A stretch of 63,178 bases of DNA, filler included, from Lenisia limosa (lineage: Eukaryota > Protista > Breviatea): the NCBI GenBank assembly GCA_001655205.1. It is 13 parts of 13 records of this genome, joined end to end, with 100 filler letters (N's around TTAATTAATTAA, not from the genome) between each part and the next. Parts side by side here need not be neighbours in the genome. Positions count along the whole stretch, not along the records: positions 1 to 13,870 come from LPNZ01010020.1; 12 more parts are not named here. One strand, given 5' to 3'. Every line of letters starts with the position of its first letter. The stretch's first letter is position 1. The position numbers and the translations under genes are program-made. Below are positions 1-13,970 of the stretch, piece by piece. The notes under the pieces are model-generated. The model was given only the letters and a program-made list of their open reading frames with translations. It was not told where the DNA came from and made no database searches.

Positions 1-18
1 CCGGTTTTTGTGGACGGG

Positions 19-170
19 GATATATATATTATATATATGTATAATATTATACATATGATATGTATATCTTTATCTCGATATATATAGTATATGATATATT
101 ATACATATGATATCGATATGTATATCTATATATACTACTAGTATATTATATATATATAGTATACTATAGT
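19..170. repeat. TA-rich low-complexity / microsatellite tract
   Basis: Almost pure (TA)n-derived sequence with scattered G/C. Confidence 0.85.
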
Positions 171-1070
171 TAAAACCGCGAACAAAAAGGAGGTGTCTCT
201 TTCAATTTTTGAGCCAATACGCTCCTTATTTACGCCTCTTTCGCATTTTTGCCAATTATCGCCCGAAACACTCCTTTATTCAGGGTTTTATTCATAAGAA
301 TAGGCAGGGGTATCAACATACATGCAAAATACCACCTTCATGGTACTTCAATTTTTCATGCGAAATACATTAAAAACACTGGATTATGGGCCTAGAATGC
401 CCCTGCGATAAAGTGAAGACATTCTTGCACCATCAGATTTGATTTTTTTCCACTCTTGAGTAACCTAGAGGAATTTAAGTAGAGAATACGAGACAAATTG
501 GGCAAAAAATGAGCATAAATTACCCATAAATGGGCGAAAATATGATAGAAGATGTTAAAAATCAATCGAATTTGACTCTTACCTTTTGTGCCATTCCAGA
601 ACGGTAAATGGGTTGTTGACGCAGCATATACCTTAATCAGACGTCTATTTTGTCCAATGGCTCCATTATAGTGACTGAACAAGAAAAATTCTTGAAAAAA
701 CCGTTACAAAAGTTGACGTAAATACCTCAAAATCACTACATTTTCTCCAAAAATGGACTTCAGATTCGAATTCTCTTTAAAAATCTGCGTTTCTATAGTG
801 GGGCACTTTAATAGGCTCAAAATGCTATTATTCTGAAAGAGGGGGGTTTCAAAAAATATTTTCGCGTAAAGGAAACTGGGTGACCCCGGCCGGGTCGATT
901 CTGATCAAAAGATCTTCTTTTTTTCGATTTTTTTATCTCATTTTTTTTTCTTCTTTTTGCTCAAAATTTCTTTGTTTTGTCAAAACTGCCGAATTTCACA
1001 CTAAAACGGGTGTTATTGAAGCGATTTAAGTCGAATTTTGGTTTGGTTTTAATCATGTTCGCGGTTTTAA
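170..1070. mobile_element. Non-autonomous TIR DNA transposon (~900 bp), TTAA-flanked, possibly Kolobok-like
   Basis: Perfect 15-bp inverted repeat ttaaaaccgcgaaca (170-184) / tgttcgcggttttaa (1056-1070). The same end recurs at 43881. No credible internal ORF. Confidence 0.65.
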
Positions 1071-1170
1071 ACACCAACCTATATGCCATATAATATACTA
1101 CCGTAATCAAACAGTATCACAACAACTCATAATTCATAAAACAGGCACCCATTCAAAAAGCAACAGCAAC

Positions 1171-4302
<3,132 letters not shown>

Positions 4303-4488
4303 GCCTCTTCAACAAATTTACGTTTACCAAACTAAAATCGGTTTCAAAATTATCCTCTCCTCTCAACAAAATCACTGAATTAAGCTTTACGAAAAAACGA
4401 GCCAAAAAAAACACAAAAATAATCGCAAAATGTGATTACTCTGTCGACAAATGAAAGCAATCAAAAATCAAAAAGTTGGCAAAAATCA

Positions 4489-4600
4489 TGCCCAGAGTGG
4501 GGCTCGAACCCACGGCTTTTCGCTGGCTTATCAGAATCCATTGAAGGATTTCTTTCTCAAGAATATGAGACGAACACTCTACCGACTGAGTTATCCAGGC
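4489..4600 (-). tRNA. tRNA-Met(CAT), elongator-type, with ~39-nt intron
   Basis: Reverse complement reads GCCTGGATAACTCAGTCGGTAGAGTG-TTCGT-CTCATA-[intron]-A-GCGAA-AAGCC-GTGGGTTCGAGCCCCAC-TCTGGGCA. All stems pair (some G-U); the intron sits one base 3' of the anticodon. Confidence 0.9.
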
Positions 4601-4819
4601 TACCAATAAAACCAATTATTTTTTCTTGATGATCGTAATTAAAAAAAGTAAAAACAATTTGTTTGTAAGCCTCTTTCCACAAGGTCAACATCAGATTTCA
4701 GCTGTTGCGAGATCTAGACTCGTAGTCGCGCTACTTTAGCACATATTCCTCCAAGGTCGCGCCTCCCCCACACGTATTCACAATTTAAACAGGGCTCAAC
4801 TAACTACCTAACATTGTAT

Positions 4820-6200
4820 TTAAAACATGAGACACGAACACCCGAAGAATATAAAAAAAAGAAACAGAATACAACTATGGAGACATGGTGGGGTGATTGT
4901 TGGCGCTCTAAAAGGTAAAAGAAACTCATAATAACGATTTTCAAAACACGACAAAAGATATGAAAACGAGATTTCATACAAAATACGACGTAAAACCTTG
5001 ATCAAATACGAAAACAAGAAAAAAGATTATGAAATACGAAATTTGAACAGGAAATACGACGTAAAACCTTTACCAATGTGAAAAACGATTTTTGAACAAC
5101 AAATAATGGAAACGAAATACGACAAAAACGATTCGTTTTTTTGAGAAATGAATTAAACAAATAATGGTAACGAAAAACGAAGAAAAACGATTTTCAAATA
5201 CGAGAAACGATTCTTGAAAAACGAAAACGTTTTTTTGCAAAAAAAAAACCAAAACACGAAAAACGACTATGAAAAACGAAAATTGAAGAAAAACGACGTA
5301 AAACCTGAAAACGATTGTCAAGCACAAAGAACAAAATTTTAACAAATAATGATACATTTTTCTAATACGAAAAACAATTTTTGAAAAACGAAAAACGATT
5401 TTCAAAACACGAAAAATAATATGAAACAAGAATTTCTGATGAAATACGACGTAAAACCTTTACCAAATAGGAAAAACAATTGCTAAACACGAAAAACAAT
5501 TTTTGAAAAACAAATAATGATGACGAAAGACGTAAAATCTTCTTCAAATACGAAAAACGATTATTTTTACAAAACGAAAAAAGGATTTTCAATGCACGAA
5601 AAATAATATAAAAACGAGAATTGAATATGAAATAAGATTAGAACCTTTATCAAATAAGAAAACACGAAAAAAGAGTATGAAATACGAAATTTGAATACGA
5701 AATACTACGTGAAACCTTTACCAAGACGAAAAGCGATTGTTAAACACAAAAAACAATATTTGAAAAACAAATAATGGTAACGAAATACAACAAAAACGAT
5801 TATTGAGAAACGAAAAACGTTCTTTTACAACATGAAAAACGACTTTCAAAAACACGAAAAAGGATATTAAAAAGGAAATTTTCTTACGAAATACGACGTA
5901 AAACCTTTATCAAATACGAAAAACGATTGTCAAGCAAAAAGAACAACTTTTGAAAAACAAATAATGATAATGAAAAACGACGAAAAACGGTTTTCAAAAC
6001 ACGAAAAATTATACGAAAAACGAGAATTTCTTACGTAATACGATGTAAAATCTTTAACAAATACAAAAAACGATTGCTTAACACCAAAAACGATTATTGA
6101 AAAACAAATAATGATGAAAGAAGAAAAACGATTTTTGAAAACGAATATTGAGAAATATAAGACGAAAAACCTTTATCAAATACGAAAAACGATTGATAAA
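4820..6200. repeat. Degenerate A-rich satellite-like tandem array
   Basis: About 9 copies of the core aaatacgacgtaaaacctttaYcaaatacgaaaa at irregular ~70-240 bp spacing; strongly A-skewed. Confidence 0.85.
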
Positions 6201-9200
6201 CACGCAAAATGCGATTTCAACCCAACACTAGGATTGAGAGCCACAGGGGTTCTCAGGTTAGTGGGGCTTGGGGGCACTTCGGTTGGCTTGGCTGGGTCAG
6301 GCAGCGGAGTCAAAGTCTGCAACTCTGACTTCTCTTCTGTGCCAATCAGTTACTAAAACATACTTTTGAAGTAAAAGCCCCCTCCAATTAGACCAACCAG
6401 AGCTAGGGGATATGGTGATAGAGGGGGCCTTGGCCAGGACACTTTGGTCGAAAGCTCGGGACTCGACCCCGGCAGCAATAGCGGCAATTGCATCGTGGAA
6501 GAGCGCTAACCGGACCTCCTGTTCACTGATAACGTTTTGCAACTGATTAAACGTCACGTTAAGCGTGGAGGCCTCAAACTGAAGAAGTTGCAGCAACTAC
6601 AAGGTCACTGATGATAGGAATTATAATCATTTCATATCATATACTACCACATGTATAATTTATATATCATATCGATCATATATATTATGTTAACAAGAAC
6701 AAAAGAAAAATGATTCACAATTGTTGACAAAATGCGAGTCTCACCTCTCTGAGTGACAGCCCTTGCTGCTGCAAAGAGTTCTAAAAGCAGTAAGCTTATG
6801 AAAAGAAGGTGGACTTGGGTATGAAGTTACTATACTATCGTATTATGTGATATCCCACTGGTTGGATATAACACGATCCCTAACACACATGTTTTCGCTT
6901 GATATTGAGTCGTTTTTGCTCTTCCCAGACATCGGAGAAGGAGGCACTCAGGATTGTAACCGGGAAGGCGATAATGAACACTCCAGAAAGCATGGTTACC
7001 GTTCCCATCATTTTTCCAGTAACAGAAATGGGGTATACTGCAATAGTGAAGAAAAAGTCGTGTACATTACATGAATATATCATATGATATGTATCACGGG
7101 TAAGTAACAACAACAAAAAAACAAACCCCAAGAGAATGAAGGTGAGAAAGCATCATGACAAAAAAAAACACCTCAATAAGATAACTTGAAACAAACATTG
7201 TGGAAAAAAAAAAAAAANNNNNNNNNNNNNNNNNNNNNNNNNNNNNNNNNNNNNNNNNNNNNNNNNNNNNNNNNNNNNNNNNNNNNNNNNTCTATGAAAA
7301 ACCCATTTCATGATATATATTTTTTTTTTTAAAAAAAAAACCCTATCCCTGCAAACCATCACCGTATCCAACACCCATGATGGAGACGATCACATACCAC
7401 GCAGTCGAGGGAATTGACTGAAAGGGACTGATATCGTAAGCCAGAAAAAAATCTGACAATGATATCATACAAAACAAAAAACCCAGAAAAATTATGATTG
7501 TTCAATGATTCCCTGTTCCAATGATAGCAAGAGACTGAAAGGAGAACTAAGATCAATTAGATATTATATAATATGACATATTATATTATATGTACTAGAT
7601 GTAGTATGTCATATATTTACGGGCTTGAAAACCAAGGACCAGAACCAACATTTCTATCAAGAGTCCCCTACTACGTCTCACCAAAAAGTTCCATCAAAAA
7701 CCGGGTTTTCCTGTCCTTGTTTGTAGTACCATCGCTCTTCATCCTAAAGAATAAAACGATGCTGATCGGAAGAATAAAAGGATCAGTTCTGGAGTAGCAT
7801 GTTTCAATATGAAAAGGGACAAGCACTTTAATATCCCAAAAAAAACTATCTCATAACGTGTTCCAGACTGCGCTACTATTAATGGATAGTTACNNNNNNN
7901 NNNNNNNNNNNNNNNNNNNNNNNNNNNNNNNNNNNNNNNNNNNNNNNNNNNNNNNNNNNNNNNNNNCTGTTTATATTTAGAATAGATTTTCTGAAAAAGT
8001 CCAATCAAGTATCATAAAATAATTATAATAATATGAACTACTAATAGCTAATGCTATTGTATTATTTGGACGGGTCCTTAGTTTTTCTCGCAACCCCCAC
8101 AAATATCTACACGAAGTGATATGCTGCAAAGGGAAAACTGATTGGAAAAGACGAACCTCATTGAACTCGCACGAGCCAATTTCTGCGTAGTACACAGCAG
8201 CCGACATAATGACGACCGCAATGACTAGAAGAAACATCAGTAAGAGCAGTGCGTCTCTGCTCACACTCATTGCCCGCTTCATAAGCTACTTCGTCAAGAA
8301 CAGCGGACGCGTAATATGGTGGAGAAGTGGGATACCCAATGAAACAACGAAACCAATTTAATGGGTTTCAAAAAGGAAAAGAAAAGTCCACCTACATTGA
8401 GACTATGGGCCCATGATGCAAGTTTGAAGACTCGTAGCACTCGCGTCAATCGGACGGCCCTCATGATGATGAGGGCTGTGAATTGAACATCCGAGCCACG
8501 AAGGACAAGCTACACCGTCAGAATGAGAAAGAAAGAATTGACAGGATGTTACTGAAAGTTCGTTTGAGCTCATTTAAATGGAATCATCCCAATTGTATAG
8601 AAGATAGGATTTCAAAAAATATTTACCTCGAGATAGTATGGTAGGATGGCAAGAAGGTCAACAACATTGTGGAATCCTGTTGTTGTTAAAAAGGGGCCTA
8701 AGGTCAAGACTGAGCAATGGAAAGCCCCAACAGGCAGCAAAACACTGTGACTTCGAATATCAATATGATGGGAGCAAATCAAGTCAGGAAGCCTACGAAA
8801 AGCAAATTGGGCTTTATTGGGAGCAGTGAAAAGACGGACAAGGTACTCTATGGAGAAGTTGATAATGGCAAAAGACTCCAAAATAAACCATGGGGAGTCG
8901 TATGGCCTATCTTTCTCGTAAATGGATGGCAGGGACTGGAGAAACAAGGCAGTGGTGGATGCAAGGATGAGGATGAGGATCCATATGTTGATAGCCATGC
9001 CCTAACAGTGATGAGGAATGAATGCGAAAAAAGCCAAGAAGGCTCTCGAATGGCATGTATTAAGCCTACCAGCTTGGATCCTTGCGGTGATTCAAAGAGG
9101 TAATGAATCCTGTGCTTTGTTGAAACATTGGCGGCTTCCGGGGGAGGGTAAAATTCATCGCAATGAGTAGGTGGAGAAAACCTGTTTCCAGGGACCGGCG

Positions 9201-9320
9201 CACGTTCGTTATTCAATGATGAAAACTCCTTTGACGGTGAATATGCTCGCCCTAAACAGTAACAGAGTCCTCGGGGGAAAAAAACACAAACCGGCAACGG
9301 CCGAGTTTAGTCCAATCATT
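6180..9320 (-). CDS. Voltage-gated K+ channel-like protein (6TM), multi-exon
   Basis: S1-S3 INIWILILILAS..WFILESFAIINFSIEYLVRLFTAP..VVDLLAILPYY; S4 RAVRLTRVLRVFKL; S5 LLLLMFLLVIAVVIMSAAVYYAE; pore SPFQSIPSTAWYVIVSIMGVGYGD|VYP; S6 TGKMMGTVTMLSGVFIIAFPVTIL. No T1 domain seen. Ends approximate. Confidence 0.92.
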
Positions 9321-9735
9321 ACTGAGAGTGTGTTTCAAAACACGTTTACGCCGTTTAAGTCATTATTTCATACAAAATCGACAATCTAAGATATATATAA
9401 AAGGACAAGAACTCTTTGTATAGCAAATCCCTATATTTTGCGTGAATTTATGTGCTAGAATTTTTTATGCTTCACAATCAGGTCGCAATCAGGCAAAGGC
9501 AAAGGGCAAAGGGGTAAAGGCGGCGATTTGGCGATTTGTTGGGGCGAAGCAATTCTTCAGCCGCCGGGCAACATGCTGCGGGGGCGCTCACTGAGTAATC
9601 AAAGTAATCAAAACGTCATCGTTTTGGGGCTTTTTCGCCACACCCATCTTCCTCTCTTGCTACCTCTACTAATGCACTAAACATTTATTAGTTGGTTTCC
9701 AAGTAGATTTGAGAAGATATTAGAAGCCTGTCACT

Positions 9736-11598
9736 ATGTTTGTTTCACAGTCCAAGCTTGACGGCTTGAAAATGTACAAGTACTCGGGTTGTGACCACTC
9801 ACTGCTAAGAAAATATGTAATGGAAGCCATGTATGTCAAGTTTGTCGAGGCCCTTCCCCTTTGGCTGGCGTAAGTTCCTTTTACTTTTGTTCCCCTCTCA
9901 CGCACACCAGTCCAAACTTGATGACCTTAACGGGCCTGTTCCTCCTTATTATCTCCAATATCATTTTTGCAATTTGTTCTCCATCAATGGATATGGAACT
10001 CCCCGGTTGGACTCTTCTCTACGCTGCCGCGGCCCTGCTCTCATACATGTTTCTTGACAACTGTTTGTCGGGGTTGTGCGAGGTGTTGAGCGTTACTATT
10101 TTGCCTCCTTTGACTTTTTTATTGCATAGGTGATGGAAAACAAGCGAGGAGAACAGGAACGTCTTCTGCCCTTGGTGAATTTTTTGATCATGGTTGGCTG
10201 ATTGGCTAATTTTGTCAATGGTACCAGCTGAATTGATTTGGTGAACACACTCATTACCTGAACTGTTTCCTTGATTTCTCAATTTCAAAATTAATGACAC
10301 TATATTTTTTTAATTGTGAGATTTCTTGAGCTTCCTCTTGGTGAGGATAATGAATCAAAAACAAGGGTCTGACTTACAGGTTGCGATGCCATCAATATGG
10401 GACTTATTGGTCTCAATATCTGCACCGTCTTTGGCCTTGGATGTACATGGCAAGCGGTCATGCTCTGCTTCATTTGCTTCATCGCGTTCTGGGGAGCAAC
10501 TTGGGAGGAGTCTGAGGGGTGGTATTGGAGCAACTTGGGAGGAGTCTGAGGGGTGGTATTGGAGCAGCTTGGGAGGAGTCTGAGGGGTGGTATTTAATTA
10601 CGGAATCGTTGACGTTTTAGGTATTTCACTGGTACAATGTATCTTGGACTAGTCAATGGTCCGTCAGAGGGCATTATGTCCCTCATCTTGGTGTATATTT
10701 TTACATTCTTCTCAGGTGGGTACCAGTTGCATAACATTTCCAATAAAGTTACAATTTTTCAGAATTCACTAATTCAATGAAGGTGTCGGTTTCTGGCAAC
10801 AGCCGTTAGCCACCGTACCCATCATTGGGCATTTCGTGAGCTTTACCATGCCCCTCAATCACTTTCTGGCTTACGGCAGCATTGTAAACGCTGTTGTCGG
10901 GCTCGTTGTCAAGTGGGGGGAGGGGGTAGTCCTAAACAGGCAATTTTTTTGGTAAACATTTACCATTAAGCGGACACGCAGCCTATAGTAAGCTTCAGGA
11001 GAAGTACAATGGTTTAGAACTCTCACAAAAGGCATTTCATGGACTTGTGCTTATGGTAGGTGATAAACACAACAAAATTCAATTGCGTTTGTAGTGTGGC
11101 TTTTCAAAACTTAACAATTTCTTGCTTACCAGTGTAGAATATCACGCCAGTGATTGTGGGATTTTCATCCATTCTCTACGCCTACTATTTGCCCGATGTC
11201 CTCACAGAAAATGCGCATATCTTTATGTATATGGCCAACTTTCTCTTCTCATTCCTCACGGTAGGCCGTGAGAAAAATATAATTTTGAACTTTAGGGACG
11301 TCTTATTGTTGCACGGCTCTGTGCACTGCCATACCGAGCTTTCCAACCCGTTGCCTTGGTCATGCTTCTTCCTTTCCTCAATATGATCCTTGACCAAGTA
11401 TTTGGTGTTGGAGTAAGTCACTCTTTCCTTCTGGCTATCTGCTGCTCCACCACTGTCGGGTTCTACTCGATCTTTATTTATGAGGTTGGTTTGCTGTGGT
11501 TTTGTTGCTTTTGTGTCAGAGTTTCCAGTTGGGTTGGAGAAATTCAAATCGTCTTACTCTCAGGTTCTTCTGGAAATGTCTACATATTTGGGTGTTGA
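9736..11598 (+). CDS. CEPT1: Choline/ethanolamine phosphotransferase (CDP-alcohol phosphatidyltransferase)
   Basis: YKYSGCDHSLL, PNLMTLTG, LDNC|DGKQARRTGTSSALGEFFDHG and WEE|YFTGTMYLGLVNGPSEG across GT-AG introns. Confidence 0.93.
10493..10594 (+). repeat. 3 x 34-bp tandem repeat spanning an exon/intron junction
   Basis: ggagcaacttgggagga|gtctgaggggtggtatt repeated three times with one mismatch. Confidence 0.95.
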
Positions 11599-11848
11599 GA
11601 TCCTAACTGTTCCCAAAAAGTAGGTATTTATTTCAACGATTTGTTTGTTTCTAATTTCTTACATGGATTGTTTAATGTTATTCGATCTGTGGTCGTGTTG
11701 ATGATCGCTCAGAGGAGATGTTTGAATCCCTAACTCTGACTGAGATTATGGAGTCACAGTTTACCATTCATTGTCAAATTACCCAGCTCACTTCCAAACT
11801 AGAAATCCATGGACTGACCATTGATATGATGGACGAGTTAAATAGGCT

Positions 11849-13510
11849 TTATTTTCTAAGGAACGTAGACAAGATGTCAGCAGTGGAAACAATTCCAACG
11901 GGCCGATTGTCATCATCTACTGCGATGCAACGGTGGACCCGGTATCGCGCAAGTCGAAGCTACGGAGTTATAATCCAAACCGCCAATGCAACACATGACT
12001 GTGATTCTACAAAGTGGATTTTCGAGAAGTGGTTGTCCGCTGAACATACCAAAACTTTTTCAAGGGACTCGTCAGCTTGACATGTGACAACCTGTTCTAA
12101 TCGCTGGAGGGGGNNNNNNNNNNNNNNNNNNNNNNNNNNNNNNNNNNNNNNNNNNNNNNNNNNNNNNNNNNNNNNNNNNNNNNNNNNNNNNNNNNNNNNN
12201 NNNNNNNNNNNNNNNNNNNNNNNNNNNNNNNNNNNNNNNNNNNNNNNNNNNNNNNNNNNNACAAAAACCAGATTTAAAAAAGTAAGGGAAATGTTAAAAA
12301 CTCCAACAAATTAACGGTCACAACCCCATCATAACGCTTAGAACCGTCCCAAGCATACGACCCCCGAGGGGATCAAAGCTGGATGGACAGAGCGTGCACC
12401 AGACCAGACAATAGAAAAGAATACTGTCAAGCAAACTAGGACTATTCTAAACCATAAAAGTAGTAACGGTAAATAAAAACTGGCTGGGCAGACACAAGGC
12501 ATAAATATAACAAAACAAACACGCAGGCAGCAAACATTGAAATCAAAGCACAAAATTTACCAATATCACTTGAAGTTGTTGCTCTGTTTCCCTAACACAC
12601 TTTTGAGCTCAATTTCAATGCTTCAGAAATGGGCATTTGAAGGTTATGGTAGGCCTTGTGCCGGGCCAAGTCCTGAATGGTCACTGAAAAAAACGGAATA
12701 ATCATCAATTTCAAACTAAGCGCCACTGTATTCCACCATCATACAATGGTATCATATCTTGTATTGTGTCGACGCACATAAACAAACCCAACAATCCAAC
12801 CTACCATTACATCACGTTTGGAGTAGACATTAACTACCGCCCCACTGTCGTCCACAACTGGGAGGGCTGAGACCCCACGTTCGGATATAATTGTCAGCGC
12901 CTTGATTATCACAAATGGATTATTGTTTATATCATATATTTTATGAAGCCTTTGCTTTTTCCTTATTGAATCTCCCCCCCTCCCCCCGCCCACATCTATC
13001 AATGGGGTGTCCAATGTGACAACACTGATACTATCGAAAGTTCCGAGGCCTAAATTGCCAATTTTGAAAGGGAGATCGAAACCCTGTGCTGCATACTAGA
13101 GTATTTAGGTAAGTACAGAAAATAAATAAAAGAAATACTTATAAAAGAAAACTCCCGATAAACCCTCCATTCAGCTTACATGAAGAGCAGTGTATTGTAG
13201 AATACGCGAGTGGGTAATTACTTGAAGAACGATTCTATCGTCATCCGTCATGACTGGAAGTCTGTATGGCGATTATTCTAAGGGTATCTAAAGATATATC
13301 ATATATATTACAGTATAATATAGTATAATACATATCATATGAAATACTATATTTGTATATCGGTGAAACACAACTTAATTCCAAAAAGAGGTGCTTCACC
13401 TTCACCCACCTGTGGATTTTTGCTTGATCAAGGAAGGTTAATGCGTGAAAAAGGTTTCGATCCGAGGAAATAGTTTCAAGAGGCTTGTTGCTTTCTCGCA
13501 TATCTGGTGA
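11849..13510 (-). CDS. SNF4/PRKAG: AMP-activated protein kinase gamma subunit (CBS domains), 5' part lost in gap
   Basis: TISSDRNLFHALTFLDQAKIHR; GNLGLGTFDSISVVTLDTPLID; ERGVSALPVVDDSGAVVNVYSKRDVM; DLARHKAYHNLQMPISEAL; VVTCQADESLEKVL|LRLARYRVHRCIAVDDDNRPVGIVSTADIL..*. Confidence 0.9.
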
Positions 13511-13870
13511 AGTGATCTTAAGAAATTGGGATCTATAAATGATGTTGAAGNNNNNNNNNNNNNNNNNNNNNNNNNNNNNNNNNNNNNNNNNNNNNNNNNN
13601 NNNNNNNNNNNNNNNNNNNNNNNNNNNNNNNNNNNNNNNNNNNNNNNNNNNNNNNNNNNNNNNNNNNNNNNNNNNNNNNNNNNNNNNNNNNNNNNNNNNN
13701 NNNNNNNNNNNCTAAAAGATCTCAAATATATTATTAAACATTTTTTTTCGATTAAATCCTTGATAATTATCGATAATTTTTAGCCATGGGTTTTTCAACT
13801 GCTGTGTCTTACTTCAACCAGAAACTACGACTCGTGATTAGTATAACAACCCAAAATCCTTTAAACACGT

Positions 13871-13970
13871 NNNNNNNNNNNNNNNNNNNNNNNNNNNNNN
13901 NNNNNNNNNNNNNNTTAATTAATTAANNNNNNNNNNNNNNNNNNNNNNNNNNNNNNNNNNNNNNNNNNNN
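13871..13970. other. Assembly spacer N44-TTAATTAATTAA-N44 (artefact; 12 such blocks)
   Basis: An identical 12-mer giving stops in all six frames sits between N runs at ~13915, 24310, 26819, 32959, 34146, 36702, 38501, 42260, 48637, 50625, 56769 and 59565. Confidence 0.97.

Noticed and set aside
4690-4790. GC-richer patch next to tRNA-Met as a small RNA gene
   Set aside because: No recognisable tRNA, snRNA or snoRNA motifs or convincing fold by eye; an Infernal/Rfam search would be needed.
5070-5592. Hydrophobic F/V-rich minus-strand ORFs as membrane proteins
   Set aside because: They are translations of the A-rich satellite.
10493-10594. 34-bp direct repeats as a CRISPR array
   Set aside because: Repeats are head-to-tail with no spacers, lie in a eukaryotic gene, and no cas genes are present.
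11718-12080. 120-aa plus-strand ORF
   Set aside because: Antisense shadow of the last AMPK-gamma exons, which carry a clear CBS motif on the minus strand.
13915-13926. Regularly recurring TTAATTAATTAA palindrome
   Set aside because: Always centred in a 100-bp N block and encodes stops in all six frames; an assembly spacer, not biology.
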